NCBI RefSeq assembly: GCF_009834535.1
Contig: NC_045722.1
Span: 11,222,001-11,286,000, forward strand
Direction of reading: 5' to 3'
Length of the DNA stretch: 64,000 nucleotides
Source: Camelus ferus
Taxonomy: Eukaryota
Shown here: positions 13,472 to 28,400 of the stretch, piece after piece
How the letters are laid out: the number at the start of each line of letters is the position of its first letter
Numbering within the stretch: position 1 is the first letter of the stretch
Translations under genes and position numbers: made by a program
The notes under the pieces: generated by a model
What the model saw: only the letters and a program-made list of their open reading frames with translations
Database searches by the model: none
Told to the model about the DNA's origin: nothing

Positions 13472-16400
13472 TCAGGCTTTCACCTCACTCATGGCCTCCA
13501 TAAGGCGAGCGCTGTTGGTGACTGCTGTTGTCAGAAAAATGAACCTGTACCCTAAGGAGTCAAAAGCACCACCATATGTGACTGAGAGCAGAACTAGGTC
13601 CCCAACATGAGCCATGTCAAGCCTCTCCAGTTCCACTGCCTTAGCTGGGTCAGAGTACCAGTTTACAGACACAGAGACATCAGTGCCATGCTCTTGGGCA
13701 CAGCAACTTGCCATGCAAGCTTGTTGGAACCGGGCTCCCTGCTATTCAGCCCACAGCAAATGGCAGCAAGTGGTACCCAGAGCCCAGTAAAAAAGGCTTC
13801 CTGAGTGCTGCCCTCAGGATCCCATGGAGGCTGGTTCTCACCTTTCTCTCTGCCCAGGAATCGGAGGGCTGAGATCTCCGAGAACGTGCAGCCACCCAAG
13901 AACACCACCAAGATGAGGCGCAGGGACTCGCTGGAAGCCTTGTCTTCCTTGGTCATGTCTGCGAATATCAGACCAGACTCAGCTTTTCACCCAGCTCACT
14001 TGCTCGCTCGCTCACTCTACTGGGTGATGCATCCAGCCCTCCTCTCAGTCCACCCAGCCCGCCTCCACCCTCTGCCGGTCAAGGCCACTCACCTGTGAAT
14101 GCCAACTCACTGCAGTTGAGCAGCCGCACCACTTCATCCAGGCCCTGCCAGCTTCGCCGCTCCAGCACCTGGGAAGGCACAAGTGCTAGGTTCAAGTCGA
14201 GTAGCAGTCAGACTGCCAGGGTTCTTGCCAGTCACTAGGGTAGTTAAAAACTAGGCCAGGCCAGGGACTAAGAGAAAGCAGAGAGCATGAAATATGAATG
14301 GGAGCAAGTCACCTGTTCTCACCTGCTCAATGATTCGGCAGCTCAGGGGCACATAAGCCCCACTGAACACATATGCCATGTCGCGTGGCACTTTCAGATC
14401 ATACTCGCCATCCACACGTGGGATCTAGAGGGTAAAAGGGACTGCATGAGGCAAGTGACAACTCAACCCTCTAGGCCTTTACAGGGTCAGAGAAAAGTGG
14501 CATATCCCTAAGAACAGTTCATACTTCAACTAAAGGGAGAACCAGCAATTACCTCTGGAAAAAAAAAAAAAAGAATCCGTAACTGAAGATGAAAGCTGTT
14601 CAGTACCTGCTGATTCTCTTGAATGAGTTCCCATGCTCCCTAAGAAGGGCAAGAGGGAAGGCTGCCCCTTTCTGACCCCTCAGTGACATGGGATGGGTCT
14701 GTCACTGAAGCAGCACTTAGCATATTCTGTGACATTGGCAGCTGCTTGTTACATGTTTATTAAATGAATGAATCTTTGTGTTATTCTTGTTATTAAATTA
14801 AGCTCATGCTATAATGCTACTAAATGAAAGGATCTTTATAAAAACAAAATGACAGAGAAGATTTTGTGGATTCAAAGTACTCCACAGAGGACTGAACCTG
14901 TCACCTCCCCTACCCACCCCTGTTCTACATACCAGATTCAGCTTCTTGCTGATGGCACGAAAATTGCTCCTCTTGGCCAAAGAACTGAAGGCATCAGTAA
15001 TCTTTCCTGGGAAAGAAATCAGTGTTGAGTTTCATCTAAGGTTTATGGATTAATGATGCTGCCACAGGCTATACCATCCAGAAAATAAGAGGACCACCTC
15101 TTCTCAAATAGCAAGACCTATCACATTTGAAGATCCCCCTCAAAGCTAGTCACCTCTAGTTCCCTGGAATTGATGAAGACATTCACCACTCTTGCCACTC
15201 ACAGTCTTCCCTCTCCTACAGGGTACCAGCTGTCTACTAAATGCAATCTACAGGGTGACCCTAGTTTACTGGTTAAGTGTATGACCTTTGGAGTCAAACC
15301 GACTTGGGTTCAAATCTGACTTACTGAGGAACCTCGAACAAGTCCCTTAACCTCTCTAAGTCTCAGTTTCCTCATCTGTAAAATGGAGATAATAAAACTT
15401 ACCATATAGAAACTCTATGAGGATTAAATGAGGAACTGTATCTAAAGGGCTTAGCACATCAGTGTTCACTAACCGGCAAGTGCTCTTACTAGCAGAAGTA
15501 GTGGCAGTGAGGACAGTTAACAGTAAGGAATCACTTCCTCCCCCAACCCCCAGCTCATTCTTTCCCTCTCAGGGTGCTCTGCCTGTTGAGAAGAGGCAAC
15601 AACAGCTGAGGAGGGGAAACAGGTTACCTGGGCTCCTGCTCACCTGCAGCCTTGTCCGTTACCAGCTTGCTCACTTTACTCTCTACAGCTGTGAGGGTGT
15701 CCCCCGGGGCCTGCTCTGTTAGGAGCCCAGCTCGCCGCAGATTGGAGAAGGTGAGCAGGTGCTCAGGGCCATAGCTCTGAAGAAAATGCAATGCAGCTCT
15801 CTACCGAGCGTCTGCCAGGGGTCTAGCACTGTTAGCTGACACGAGGTGAAGGATTATGCAGTCTGTGCCCTGAGGAGCTCACTCTTGTTTGTGGGAAAGA
15901 TTTTCATGCCAGAAATAACCAAACACCAAAGAAGAATAAAAGCAGCAGGAAACAATGAAAGAACTCAGAAAGCTATGGATGTAAGGATGGTGGGGAAGGC
16001 TTCACAGATGAGGCAGGACTTGAGGAAGACCTGGAAGGAAAGCTGTATCACTGCCTCTCAAGGTGCTAAAGGGAGGGAGAGTCCAGGGGTAAGAACTCAC
16101 CACTGGGTCCAATAGCTGAACTGTACAAACTCCCCCTGCACTGGCCACATGAGAGGCGAGCAGAGTGATACAACAGCAGTGGGAAGGGTCTCTGTGTGCT
16201 GAGGGGTGACTATCCCCACAACCTCTGAGAGGGAGGCCACATGGGAACAGGGTGGTGATGTGGGCAAGAACGGGACCATTTCTTTTGCCTCTTTCAAAAA
16301 TGTCCAATGACCTCCCTCCACCAAGTTCCCTCAAGAATGCATTCTCCTGACCTTACCTGCAGATACTGGGTTTTCAGGGATCGGTAATCCTTGGGGATCA

Positions 16401-19400
16401 AACCTGAGGAAAATCAAGGTTCATGACAACAGGTTCATGAGCCAGTTGAGGTGTCCTAAAGTGTATAGCCAAACCAACCAACCAGCAAACCCTCCTCCCC
16501 CCACCAAAACAAAAAACCAACAAAAAAAACCCAAAACCCTAATCAGAAGGAAGGCATCAGTAAATGATGTTAACCTTACATCCTATGCAGTTGACTCTAA
16601 ATTGACTCCTAAATTTAAGTTTGCTTATTAAAAACTTTATAAAGCCTGGATCTGAGAGTTCCAAGGAAGAGCCCTGAGGAAGGAACACTGAAACGAATGC
16701 GAATCCAATCCGTAGTGGGAGGTGCGGTGGGATGCAGCAGAAGGGAGGAGGAGGGCCTTCCTGGGCTTTTCTTCCAGGCTATGGGCCAGTTCTCCTGGGA
16801 ACTGCTTTACAGCTACGGAGCAATAGGAAAGGTGTTTAAATGAGTTCCCAAAGTGCCGTCTTAGACATTTTTCTCCATAGAGGTAAGAAGAAATGGGCTT
16901 CCAACTACACTAAAGGGAATCCAGAATAAGCAGACTACTTCTCTGGGTAGGAACAACCTTAAAGAATGTTCACTAATTGGAAGACTTCAACAGTCAAAAC
17001 AAGTTGCCATGAAAGGTTGGGCAGTCCAGGCTTTTAAAATGTTTATGAAATTGATTTTTCTTGGACTGTGTCCTTATTATGAAATCTTATTGAGGATAGG
17101 AGGCCAGATGGAATGATGAGAGAATTGCTGCCCAGCTCTACCCCTTTGCAGTCCTATGGTGGGACAGGCCTTGTTCTAGGGGCCTGGATATGGTCCTGCT
17201 TAGGGCTGGGACAATAAATTACTCTATGACCTGTTTCACCCAAAACAAAAACTGCTTTATTTTACAGGGGAAAGAATCCACAAGATTACACAGAAACATT
17301 CTGTCTGCTAAGATAGTTCTCTCTCATTCAAAATGATTTATTCCATTCCTAAGGTCTAGCTTTTCAATCTGGCATCTTTTGTCCCTGGGACTCACCATTC
17401 TCAGTGATGGACAAAAGGCACATGAGGCGAAGGCTTTCTATAGGTGACACCTGCACAGGAAGAAAGAGGCAAGGAGAATTCAAGTGTCATAACGCATTCT
17501 TCTCCCCTCTTCCTTCTGCTTGAGCCCCACCTCTAAATGCCATTCCCACCACATCCCCGCATCCTTCACCCTCCCCACCCCACTTCACCTGCCGGTCTAT
17601 GTGCTCTTCAATGTAGTTGGTGCTTTCCCGGATGTTGAAGCCCTCCAGTAGCGCTGTGAGTAATCAGAGGACAGCCTGTTACTGGGGGAGCAGCTCAGCT
17701 GTTGCCGTCTATGCTAATGGGCATCTGTCTCCCCATCTCTTTCTCCATCCTTGGGGTGGGTTAAGGGGCCCCCAGGACTTCTAGCAGGAACCAGCATTCC
17801 ACACAGCCAGCATCAGCTGGAAAGAGCCAGAGAGCATCTTTTCAGGGTGGGCTGGGGCTGGGAGCCAGGGAAGCAGAGCATGAGAAGTAGCCAAGTTACC
17901 ATGCTCAGTCTTGATGAGCTCCTGGAAGTCCTGCTTGGTTTTCTTCTTCATGATGGATTCACAGGCCCCAATATCTGCAGAGAGGATGGAAGGGGAGCTG
18001 ACATAGTCCTGGTTCAAGAAGGATGTCTCTTTATTGTCCAGAAGAATAAAAACCTCTTAAGGCAAAATGCAAAAGCACTTCTTCCCACTTTAGACCAAAT
18101 AAAAGCATTATCTGCCAGATGACGGGGACCTCCTCCTGGGGGCAAATCTCTCAGCATTCCCTCACCCTGCCCTCAAGCTGAAACCTACGGAGGCTCAGCA
18201 GGCGGTGCTCCTGTTTCAGTCCCTTGAGCTCCTGTGACACGAAGTTCTTCATCTGCTTGATGTCCATGCCTCTCCGGCGCTGTGGGGACGTCCCATGAGT
18301 TCAACCTCTCTGCCCTCAGATGTGAGCAACCACTACCCTCCCTCAGTGCCCACCCACTCTAGTATCAGAAGGGGAGCCACTGAGGAAGCAGACAGAGAAC
18401 TGGGCGGGGAGCCTCACGTCATACTGGGCCTGCAAGTTCCGGGCCTTCTGGCTCAAGAAGCCAAAGACATTGGAGAAATGCTCATTACGAATCTCATTAA
18501 ACACCTGTGAGGGGAACAAGACAGGAAGAACTTACTGTACAGAACCTCACCTTGTTCCTTCCTACCTCATCAGTGTCATGACAGCACAGGAAGAGTGCTC
18601 AGCTGTTCCAGCAAAAGTACCAAGACATCTGCACTGGTATCAATACATATATGTCAAATCCCTGCTACGTGCTCTGGGGTAAACTCTAAGTGGTGGGGCA
18701 TCCCTCTCTCTGGGGGACTCAGCCTCCACTCCCAGCACCGGGACCCACAGCCTCATGGAAGCAGTGGCCCCGGGTAAATCCACTTCTGGGACCTAAGCAC
18801 TCACCTTGTCCTCGGCATTGAGTAGCACCTTCAGGCTCTTGTCAGAGGATGTGACTTCTGGGCCAAAGTCAACACTCCCTTTGAAAGCACGAGGGGACAG
18901 CTATGAGGATCTCTGATGAGGCCTTCCTTCTCCTCCCTTTCTTGAACTGCCATTAAAGGCCCCCCAAACTATTTGGAAGCCCTGCCAAATAGTCAGAGTC
19001 TGGGTCTCTCCCACAAGCCCCGCCCCACCGCGGGAGGCTCCAGGAGCTGAGGACACCTCCATCCCGCCGAGATGCCACTTACCACATTTGATACGGAAGG
19101 TGTCATCCACCAGGCCCTCGTAAACCACCTGGGAGCAAAGTGCCGTCACGAAGTCCATGTCTGAAAGCGAGATCCCTGACCATGAGGGTCCTCCCTGACG
19201 CAGCCTCTTACCCAGTTTGCTCAGTATCAGCTCAAGTGCCTTCCAAGGGGCCCAAGGGCCCATGATCCCAATTAACACTGGCATTTACAGCCCCAACTTG
19301 AGGATCCTAACTGTGTTACCATGTTTTCCACATTCTCATGTCTTCTAGGTCCACGGATGAGAGGAGTGCTGAGCATAGTTTACCTCTGTCCAGGAGAAAG

Positions 19401-22400
19401 ATATGTCCAATTTCTGGCCTTCGGCCCTTGGTTTCACCATCCTCCTCCTCCTCCAGGTTCCTCCACAATTCATGTGACATCTGCCAGGACCCAAGAAATT
19501 CTCAATCTTATGTCCAGGTCCGTACTGCAGCCCCACTCCTACAGAACCCAACCTCTTTGATACCTCATGTGACACTTCTCCTTGATCCCAAGAGGGAAGC
19601 TAATTATTAACAATATTACCTACTCGACACCCATCTGTGTCCATCCCTCCCCATCCTCCCCCACACCAGTGAAGAAATATCTCTGCCCCTAAAGATTTAG
19701 GAATGCTGCCCAGAGGACCTTGGCTCTTGCCATTCTGTTAGCCACACAAGCTCTCTCTGAGGCCTATTCTGGAGCAATAAAAGCAAAGTAAAGAATATAC
19801 CTCACATCACAGGTGCCCATGAACAACCTCAGTGGGTAGACAGCAGGTGAAATAGGGACTATCAGGACAACAAAACTGCTCACCTTGGCACACCTGCCAA
19901 TTCCATAGCAGTAAGGAAAAGGTCCATAGAGAGTGCTGAGGAGGTGCAAGGCCTGTGCCACAGTGTTGATCCAGCGCTGATCTCCTTCCTGCAGGGACCA
20001 CATGGGCCACAAAGATATGGATCAGCCCGACAGATCCATCTGGAAAGTGGCTAGGCCTAGAAGCCCTGGAGCAGAAAGGCAGGGTCTGGGCAATGCTTGA
20101 AAGAGCTCATTTTCATTGATCCCAAAGGAAGCCCCATGGACATCAACCAGTAACATTCAATCTCCAAATCACGATCACTCATAATAAATTACATGAGTTG
20201 GACGAAGGTTAAATCCACATTTCTAGCCCACGGGACCCCATGTTTGTCCCCACCCCTCGATGCCAAGACCCAAGGGCCCTGCATTTACCAGAAAGTAGTC
20301 CCTGAAAAATTCTGGGAGTTCCATGCTCAACAGATCCACATCAAGAGGCAGCAAAGAGAAGGCCCATTCGTCACAGCTCACATCTGTGGGTACAGAGAGC
20401 ATCAGCCTCCCTGCAGAAGGCACGTAGCTCCACATTAAGAAGGATGGTCCACGGGGGAGGTATAGCTCAAGTGGTAGAGTTCCTGCTTAGCATGCACAAG
20501 GTCCTGGGTTCAATCCCCAGTACCTCCACTAAAAATAAATAAACTTAATTGCCTATCCCCAAAATAAGAATTTTTTTTAATTTAAAAATGTATTAAAAAA
20601 AAAAAAGGATGGTCCACCACAGTCATGCAAAAATTCCTGAGTGCCTGCCACACGCCAGGTACTGCACTAAGCACAGGATGCTCAGAGATGAATAAGGTAC
20701 AGTTTCTGCCCAGAAGGGGCCCACAGGCTGGTAAGGAAAGGAGACACGTACATAACAGCCTATAATACAATGTGATAAATGGTGTGTTTTCATTAGCGTG
20801 CTGGCAAAACATACATTCATTCACTATTCATTAAATACTGACTGAAAGCCACATATGTGCAAGCACCAGGCTAAACATTGGGGATGTGGTGGTGAAGAGG
20901 GACACACTCCTAACTTCTGGAGCCTCCAGTGTAGAAAGAGAGTTGAGCACCAGACAAACGTAATTAGTTTTGTGCTCCAAAGAAGTAAAACAGCAATCCA
21001 TGGACACAAATATTTCAGGGATCTAACCTCAACTAGGGGTAGAGGAAAGACCTCCCTAAAAAAGTGACATTAGGCTTAGAATTTGAGTATGGTCTAGGTA
21101 GGCAAAAAGTTGTAGAGTGAGGAATATTCTAGGCAATAGGAACAGATGTGTGAAGTCCCCAGGGCTGTAGGGTAGTGAGTCGGGAGATAGGAGAGGCATG
21201 TGATGAGGCTAAAGGCCAGGAAGGGGCCAGACTGAAGAGGCGGAGGAGCCACGCTGAGGAGTCTGGGCTTTATTCAGAGCCACTGCAGGATTTCTAGCAG
21301 GGAGTACCATGACCAGGTTTGTGTTGCATGGAGGATGGAGTGAGGCAAACACAGAGAAAGAAGACACAATTTCTCCTGGTGGAAGTCTTGAAAGGTGAGA
21401 GGACAGCGGCTGGTAATTTCCAACTGGAACCCTGGCATCCCTTTCACGCTGTCTCACTAGTGTTCTAATTTGGGGTCTGACTTCCTATTCTCAGGACCCT
21501 CTCCTCCCGATAGGCCGACAGGAATGAGACATGGGAAAGGAGGAGATGGGAACAACCATTATGTCCTTCTTCCACATGCCCTCCCCCTTCCACTCACACT
21601 CATCTCCTCTCACCTCCATAGATGCCCTCTTCCTCAAGCACCATCTCACACGCATAAAACTGGAAGAGAAAGGGAAGCTGATTAGTAACCGTCTTCTCTG
21701 GTCTTTTCATTTCTTAGGAGTTCCTCTGTGGTCATTGCTGAGGACCACACTTGTTGAACCCAATGAAAAAGATTAGCAAACCCGGACTCTTAGATCTAGA
21801 AAGGACCACCGTTATCATCTAGCCTAATGCTTTGTTTCCTTTTCAGCCATTTTATTTAGTCATTAAGTTGATTGTATTTTTCTTCCTGAGAGACTGGAGA
21901 AGCTTTACAAAGGAGAAGGGACTTCAACTGTCATGGAAGGGTGAGTCCTGCAGGCAGAGATGGGAAGAAGGGCATGAGAGGTTCTAGAAAAAGAGGAGGA
22001 GGAGCAGGTGTAGGTAAAGCACAGTGCGTGAGAGAGGATGGAGGGACTTCTGGTTAGGACATGTCCATGGGACCTCTGGAGACACTGAGGGAGGTCTGGA
22101 CATACAGTCTTGGGGGGGTCAATGGCACATATGATGCATTTAAAGTGGGTGGTTTGTCCAAAGACCACACAGAGAGAAGAGAGCTAAGGGTAGGACTCCA
22201 GGGAACCAAAACTAAAAGGGTGCACAGTCCAAGACCTGGCAGAGAAGACTGAGGAAGAATACATAGAGAGGTGGGACCAGAAGAAAACGGCACCTCTAAA
22301 GGCAGAGGAGGTCAGAGCTTCAAAGAAGAATGAGCAACAGTGTCCACTGACAGATAAGTTAAGGAGGATGAACATAAAATAGATATCACTGGATTTGACA

Positions 22401-25400
22401 ACAGAGGCCTTAGGGGACTAGATGAAAAGATGGAGGTGGATGTGAGGAAGCAGAAGCAGTGACAGCAGATAATTCCGAACAGAAGCCTGGCCATGAAAGA
22501 AGGGAGAGTCCCTGATAGGGACAAGAGATGAAGGATGGAGAACTGTTTAGAAGAGACCGACATGGTTGAAGATATAAACAGTCTACCTGATGAAGCAAGA
22601 GAGTGGAGGAGGAAGGCAGAGATGGAGCCAAGAACACGGGTGAGCTGCTGATCTTAGATGGGACAAGGCCAGTGGCTCGTCCTCCTTTGAGATGGGTAGG
22701 AAAAGGATGAAACATTTGAAGGTAATAAGAAAGTTGAGGGCACTTCCGTCTAATAAGGATGATGACAATAATAACAGTGGGTGTGTAGGACGCATTTTAC
22801 ATGTACTAGGCATTGTTGTTAGTGTTTCAGAAGGATTACCTCTCTTGACGCTCAAAGCTCTATGAGATGTGGCAGATTAATGCTATGTGCTCCTTGTTTT
22901 ATGGTTACACAGAAGAGTCCTAATTACCCCTCACTCATTTCTGTCAGTAAAACTGAAATTGAAGGGCCTACTTCTAATGCTAACTGATGGAATTCCAGAG
23001 CCTGGTTTGAAGACTGCCAATGTTCACAATTAACAAAAAGGGTCTCAGGAAGAGATAAAGATTTCCTCTTCCCTACAGCTAATGAGGGAGAGATCATCCT
23101 GTGATGGAAAATTAGGTCAAAGAATTTGACTAGATAGGGTGTTAGAAAGAGAAAATTCACTTAAAAATATCAATATCAATTTTGTTCTTCTGTGTGATAT
23201 GGAGGTTTACAGGATTATTTGAAACTATTACCAACTTGTCCTATTCCCTATTTAAACAGATCTGTTCTTGGAAGTAAAATTTGAAAAAAAGGGTTTTGTG
23301 AGACTCCAAAAACTAGGAATTATTACTAAAGCTCCTTTAATAACATTCAAAAGCAACTTGTAATTCTGATTGGTTATTTGACTCAATAATTTCCTTGCCC
23401 TAACAACAATGTTATACTTGATATATTTGTATTCCTGAACAGGATAAATAGCTGAAAGATTGGGGAGGGTATAGCTCAGTGATGGGAGGGTATACCTTAG
23501 AGGGTATGCATGCATGAGGTCCTGGGTTCAATCTCCAGTATCTTCATTAAAATGAATAAACAAATCTAATTACTCTCCCCACAAAAAAAAAAAAGAAGAA
23601 GAAGAAGAAGAAAGAAAGAAAGAAAAGAAACCAACACTAAATAAATAAATAGCTGTAAAATTGTGCTATCAATCTTCAAATGATCTTCAAAGGAAGGTCA
23701 TTGGTTCTTTCCTTTTAGTCCTTTTATGTGATAAGAAAACAGTAGAAGCCTGTGATTCCACTAGACATCTCAACAGAAACTGAAAGTCATCTCATTTAAA
23801 AAAGATAAGCACTATTATCAACTCCATTTTATAGATGAGAAAACTAAGACACAGAACAGTTAAATAACTTTTCCAAGATCACACAGGTAATAGGTGCTAA
23901 AGCAAGGATTCACACTGAAACAGTTTGGCTTCAGCATCTTTAGTCTTACCTGCTGCTATTTTCTCTAGAATTTTCTTAGGAAAATAGCAAAGGAATAAAT
24001 CCCTGTGCTTTCCAGTTTAATTTCTACCTGCTCTAGGTGTGGTATGCACTGCTTGGTATAGCTTTTATAGGTCTATGGCTTGGTACATCATTCCTCCCAA
24101 TCAATGAGATTGAGGATGTACCTACGATGCACCCCACTGATGTGGGGATGAGAGGGGAGCTTGATGGAATCGAGAAACGGAGATACTCTGATAGATCACC
24201 AAACACTGCAGTTATTGAAGTAAAGACGGAAGAAACCTAGCCTGGCTATGCTAACTCACTGTGTGACTGTGGGCTTCAGTTTCCTAAGCTACTCGAAGTC
24301 AGGTACAGTAAAATGGTCTCTAAGTTTCCCTTCCTGTGCAAGAAAATGTTTTTCCAAAGTACACTGGTATAGTTCTAACAACCCAGGGAAAGCCCAGCCA
24401 CATGCCTTAGAGGAGCATGGTGAGGGATGATTTATTATACTTATTATTAAAGGGATATAGGTAGAAAGTCATTGAAAAGCCATAACGTTGTGTACCATTA
24501 CCATACAGGAATTTGTGTTAGAAGGTATACATAGTAGGTTCTACTTCAAAACTGTCAATCTTTTCATTTAAAGAAGTCTCCACTATGCATAAAAACAGAT
24601 GAAAAACAGGTTTCTTCTGTATAGTACAGGGAACTCTATTAAATATCTTGTAATAACCTCTAATGAAAAAGAATATGAAGATGAATATATGTATCTATAT
24701 GCATAACTGGAACACTATGCTGTACACCAGACACTGACACATTATAACTTGCTATACTTCAATTAGAGAAAAGAAGAGAAAAGAAAAGAAATCTATGTAG
24801 ATGCCACCTCTCATAATCCCACAATCTTATCTAGGGAAGTTTGATGACAGACCCTCTGCTAAATGATCAGGACTACATTAAAGAAAAGACAATGACAGAT
24901 ATTTTGTTCAGTCACACATAATTTGCTTAGAGGGAGATACAGCTGTTGGCCCCTTCCCCTCCCCTTTCCCAGTTCCCAATTCTGTTCTATCTTATCCCAT
25001 GCCCACCAGGATCCAAACTCACCTTCTGAGGGCTGAAGATCACTTTGTATTTACGAGTTCGGCCAGCCAATTTGTCAGCATTGACAAGACCTACAGACAG
25101 AAGGGATGCAACCTAGAATGCCATGGGCCACTTGTTAGACTAGGAGCAAGGAAGTGGAGAGCCTCTACAAGGGGGATGGCCAGCCCAAGCAAGTCTTTTC
25201 TCCTTAAAGGGTTCTTACGGCCAAGGCCCTTAGACCTTCCCATGCTTCCCCAGGTCTCAGTTACATGGAACAGCCCGGCACACTCACTAGCAATGTACCG
25301 CATATTCTTGATGCGAGGTCTGACCAAGAAGCACAATCTATGGGAGAGAAGGGAAAAAAAAAACCTCATGAAGAAAAATAATGAAGTTGGTAGAAACTGG

Positions 25401-28400
25401 AACAATGTCAACCCTTTCACCACTTGCTACAGTTCTCACCCCAGCCAAAGCCATGCCAGCTCTCTTGGCCGACCACATATCAACCATAGGAGACTCCCCT
25501 TGATAAGACAGGCATACTGGGGTGAGCTGGGGGCACTTGTTGGCCCTATGGTGGACCCAGGAGCTCCTGCTCTCAAATAAGTTACAGTCTATTGGGCAAA
25601 ATAAGATGCACCTATGTATGGAGTAGATTAACAGTCAAGCGTTAAAAAACACATTACGAGAAAGTATATAAAATAATGCTTTTCAAACTGGGGTTCATGG
25701 ATGTATTCTCTATGTATCTAGGAGAACTTTTTTCCTCCAAGGGAGGGTGTACATTACTTAGGTTGAGAAATATAAAAAATAAAAACAGAAAACAGACAAC
25801 AGGCAGTATGTGACTGACTGTGCCAAGTGAACAGGACAAACACTAAACCCCATGCAAATCCAGAGGAGGAGAAAATCACCCTGGGATGGCAACTAAGAGC
25901 CACATGGAGGAGGGGAGCTGGGCTCTGAAGGCTGGGTATTTTTACAAGAGCAGTGAAGATAGGAAAGAATTTCAGGCAGGGTGGTCAGAGTGGCCAAAAG
26001 CATGGAGGTATGAGCACAGAACTGGAAGCACGTGAGAGCGCATACTGAGTCAAGCTCCAGGGCATCTCTGAGAGACCGGGCTGGAAAAGGGGTGTGAGGC
26101 CTCCCTGGAGACGGCCTGGGAATCTGTGGTGAGTGATGCGGACTTCACTCAGTAAGTAAAGGAAGCCTTGAAGGTTCTTGAGAGGGGCACAGTGAAAATA
26201 TTTTTGAAAGATTAATCAATCTGGTTAAAGATGGTAGATTGGGTTAGAGAGAAGAGACAAGGGAGGGGGGAACTGCAGGAAGGGGGACAAATCAAGAGGC
26301 TAAAGCATAACTAATGGATGAAACTGTAGAAGTGCAGGGAGGTGAACCGTATCACAAATATCATGGTGCAGATCTTGGCCAAGGAGCCATGAAAGGCAAA
26401 TGTGCAGGGACCTCCTCCAGCTTGGAGCTGAGACAGACCTTCCCAGATACTCACTGTTCACTGGAGCTGAGAGCTGGCTTGTTCTCCACTTTGTACAGTT
26501 TGTCTACTTCATGTTGCTACAGAGAGAATCCAACAAAACAATGGATATAAAAGTGCTTAGAAACCCAAAGTGTGATACAAAGACAGGGCTCTTCTCGAAG
26601 GGCTCCCTCCCATTTATGTTAATTCTAGGAACAAGGTATCTCCCTGATGACCATCCCACTGAACCTTCCTCAAAGTGCCAAAAGAGAAACCAAAAATAAA
26701 ACAATTCAAAAAGAATACAAACAGCATTATCAATCCTGTTTTGTCCACTCAACTCAGCTACCTATATCTACCCTATAAGGGTAGTCACTGTTTAGTACCT
26801 CATACTGTTCACCAAAAGAAAAACTGCTTAATGAGGAAAGAGGGGCCTGAGCCCACCTGGGTAAAGGGGCAGGTACCTTTAGGATGGAGACATTGGCGAT
26901 TCGATCCAAAGGGCTCATGAGATCTGCCTCAATGAACAAGTCCTTTTTTCCTGGAAGCTGAGACAGAGACAGTATCTTGGGTCACTCACAGGTCACACAA
27001 GCTCCCTTGGCTGAGAGCCCATCCAGCCATCCATAAAATGGAAGCACAGTCTCTGAGGTGGAAGGGCACTAGACCTCATCTACCCCAGCCCCTAATTTAT
27101 GGTCTATATTCACAGCTGACATTTCTCTACATATTCACCTATTTTGTCTTCTCATTTTCTGCACCAGTGGAAAGATATTTCACCTTCTTTCTAAGGTTAA
27201 GTCTTTATCACTCAACCCTCCTGCTCGCTAGTGACCTTGTTGTCCTCCATCATTGCTGCTCTACTGCACTGCCTCCTCCACTCTGCCTCCTGATAACCCT
27301 GATCTCATGCTGAAGAAAGCCAAACAAAACAAATCCGTACCGTATATCCTGCAACCCCTCAACTAACTGCCAAATATCTCTTTAAATAACATTTATCTTC
27401 TAATTACAAAAATAACCTAAGTCCAAGGCAGAAAACATAGCCCAGGATGGTCCTCACCCACCCACCCCCTCTACCACCCCAAATCCCTGTCATCTGGTTC
27501 CCATTTCATCACTCCTGATGCTAATCTCTCATCTGTCCAGAGGAAGGAGAGGCCATACTGGGCAGCAGAGAGGGGGAAGTCATTCAAAGTTTCCTCTCAT
27601 CTAGGCCTTGACAAATAGGTAGAGTGTTGGCAGTGATAAATTAAGATGGCAAACCAGCAAAGGCCAGGGAAAGCGAACAGGCTGAATGTGAGGGCAGAAC
27701 AAGCAATTCTGTCTGGCTGATGGGTAAGGTACATGTAAGGCAGTGGTTCCCAACCAGGGATGATTTTGCCCCACAGGGGACATTTGACAATATTTGCAGA
27801 AATTTTTGGTTGTCAACCTGGGTGCAGGGGATGTTACCAGCATCTAGTGGGTAGAGGTTAGGGATGCTGCTAAACATCCTACAATGCACAGGACACACAA
27901 CAAAGGATTTACCAGCCCAAAAAGTCAGGCCAAAATGCAACAGCACCCAGGTTGAGAAATCTTGATGTAGGGCAATGGTGGGAAACAAGATTGAAACATT
28001 TGACTAGAATTGGAGCATGCAGGGTTCCAAATGTCAAGTTGGGGAATTTGGATTTCATCTTCTACAGAACAAGGGAAAACAGAAAGCTTTTGTGCACTGA
28101 AGCATCCACTTAGCTGAGAATTTCAGTTAGGTAAATCCGGGAACTGAGGGTAAAATGGATTGGAGATATGAGAAACCAGAAGCAAGGAGTCCATTCATAT
28201 GATTAATGCAACAGTCCATTCATGTGATTAAGCAGCCCAAGCATGGGGTAATAAATGAGGACCTGATAAGCTGGTGGTAATATGAACAAAAATAGGTTAA
28301 GAGATACATGGAACATGTAATAGAATTTTTTTTAGTGGTTCTAACTAGCATCTCTTTTCAACTCCTCAGACATTTGTTGAGTGTCTTTCATGTGCAAATC

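Noticed and set aside
24999-25580. 193-aa plus-strand ORF and 110-aa minus-strand ORF
   Set aside because: These are the antisense shadow and intron read-through of VPS33B exons 4-5.
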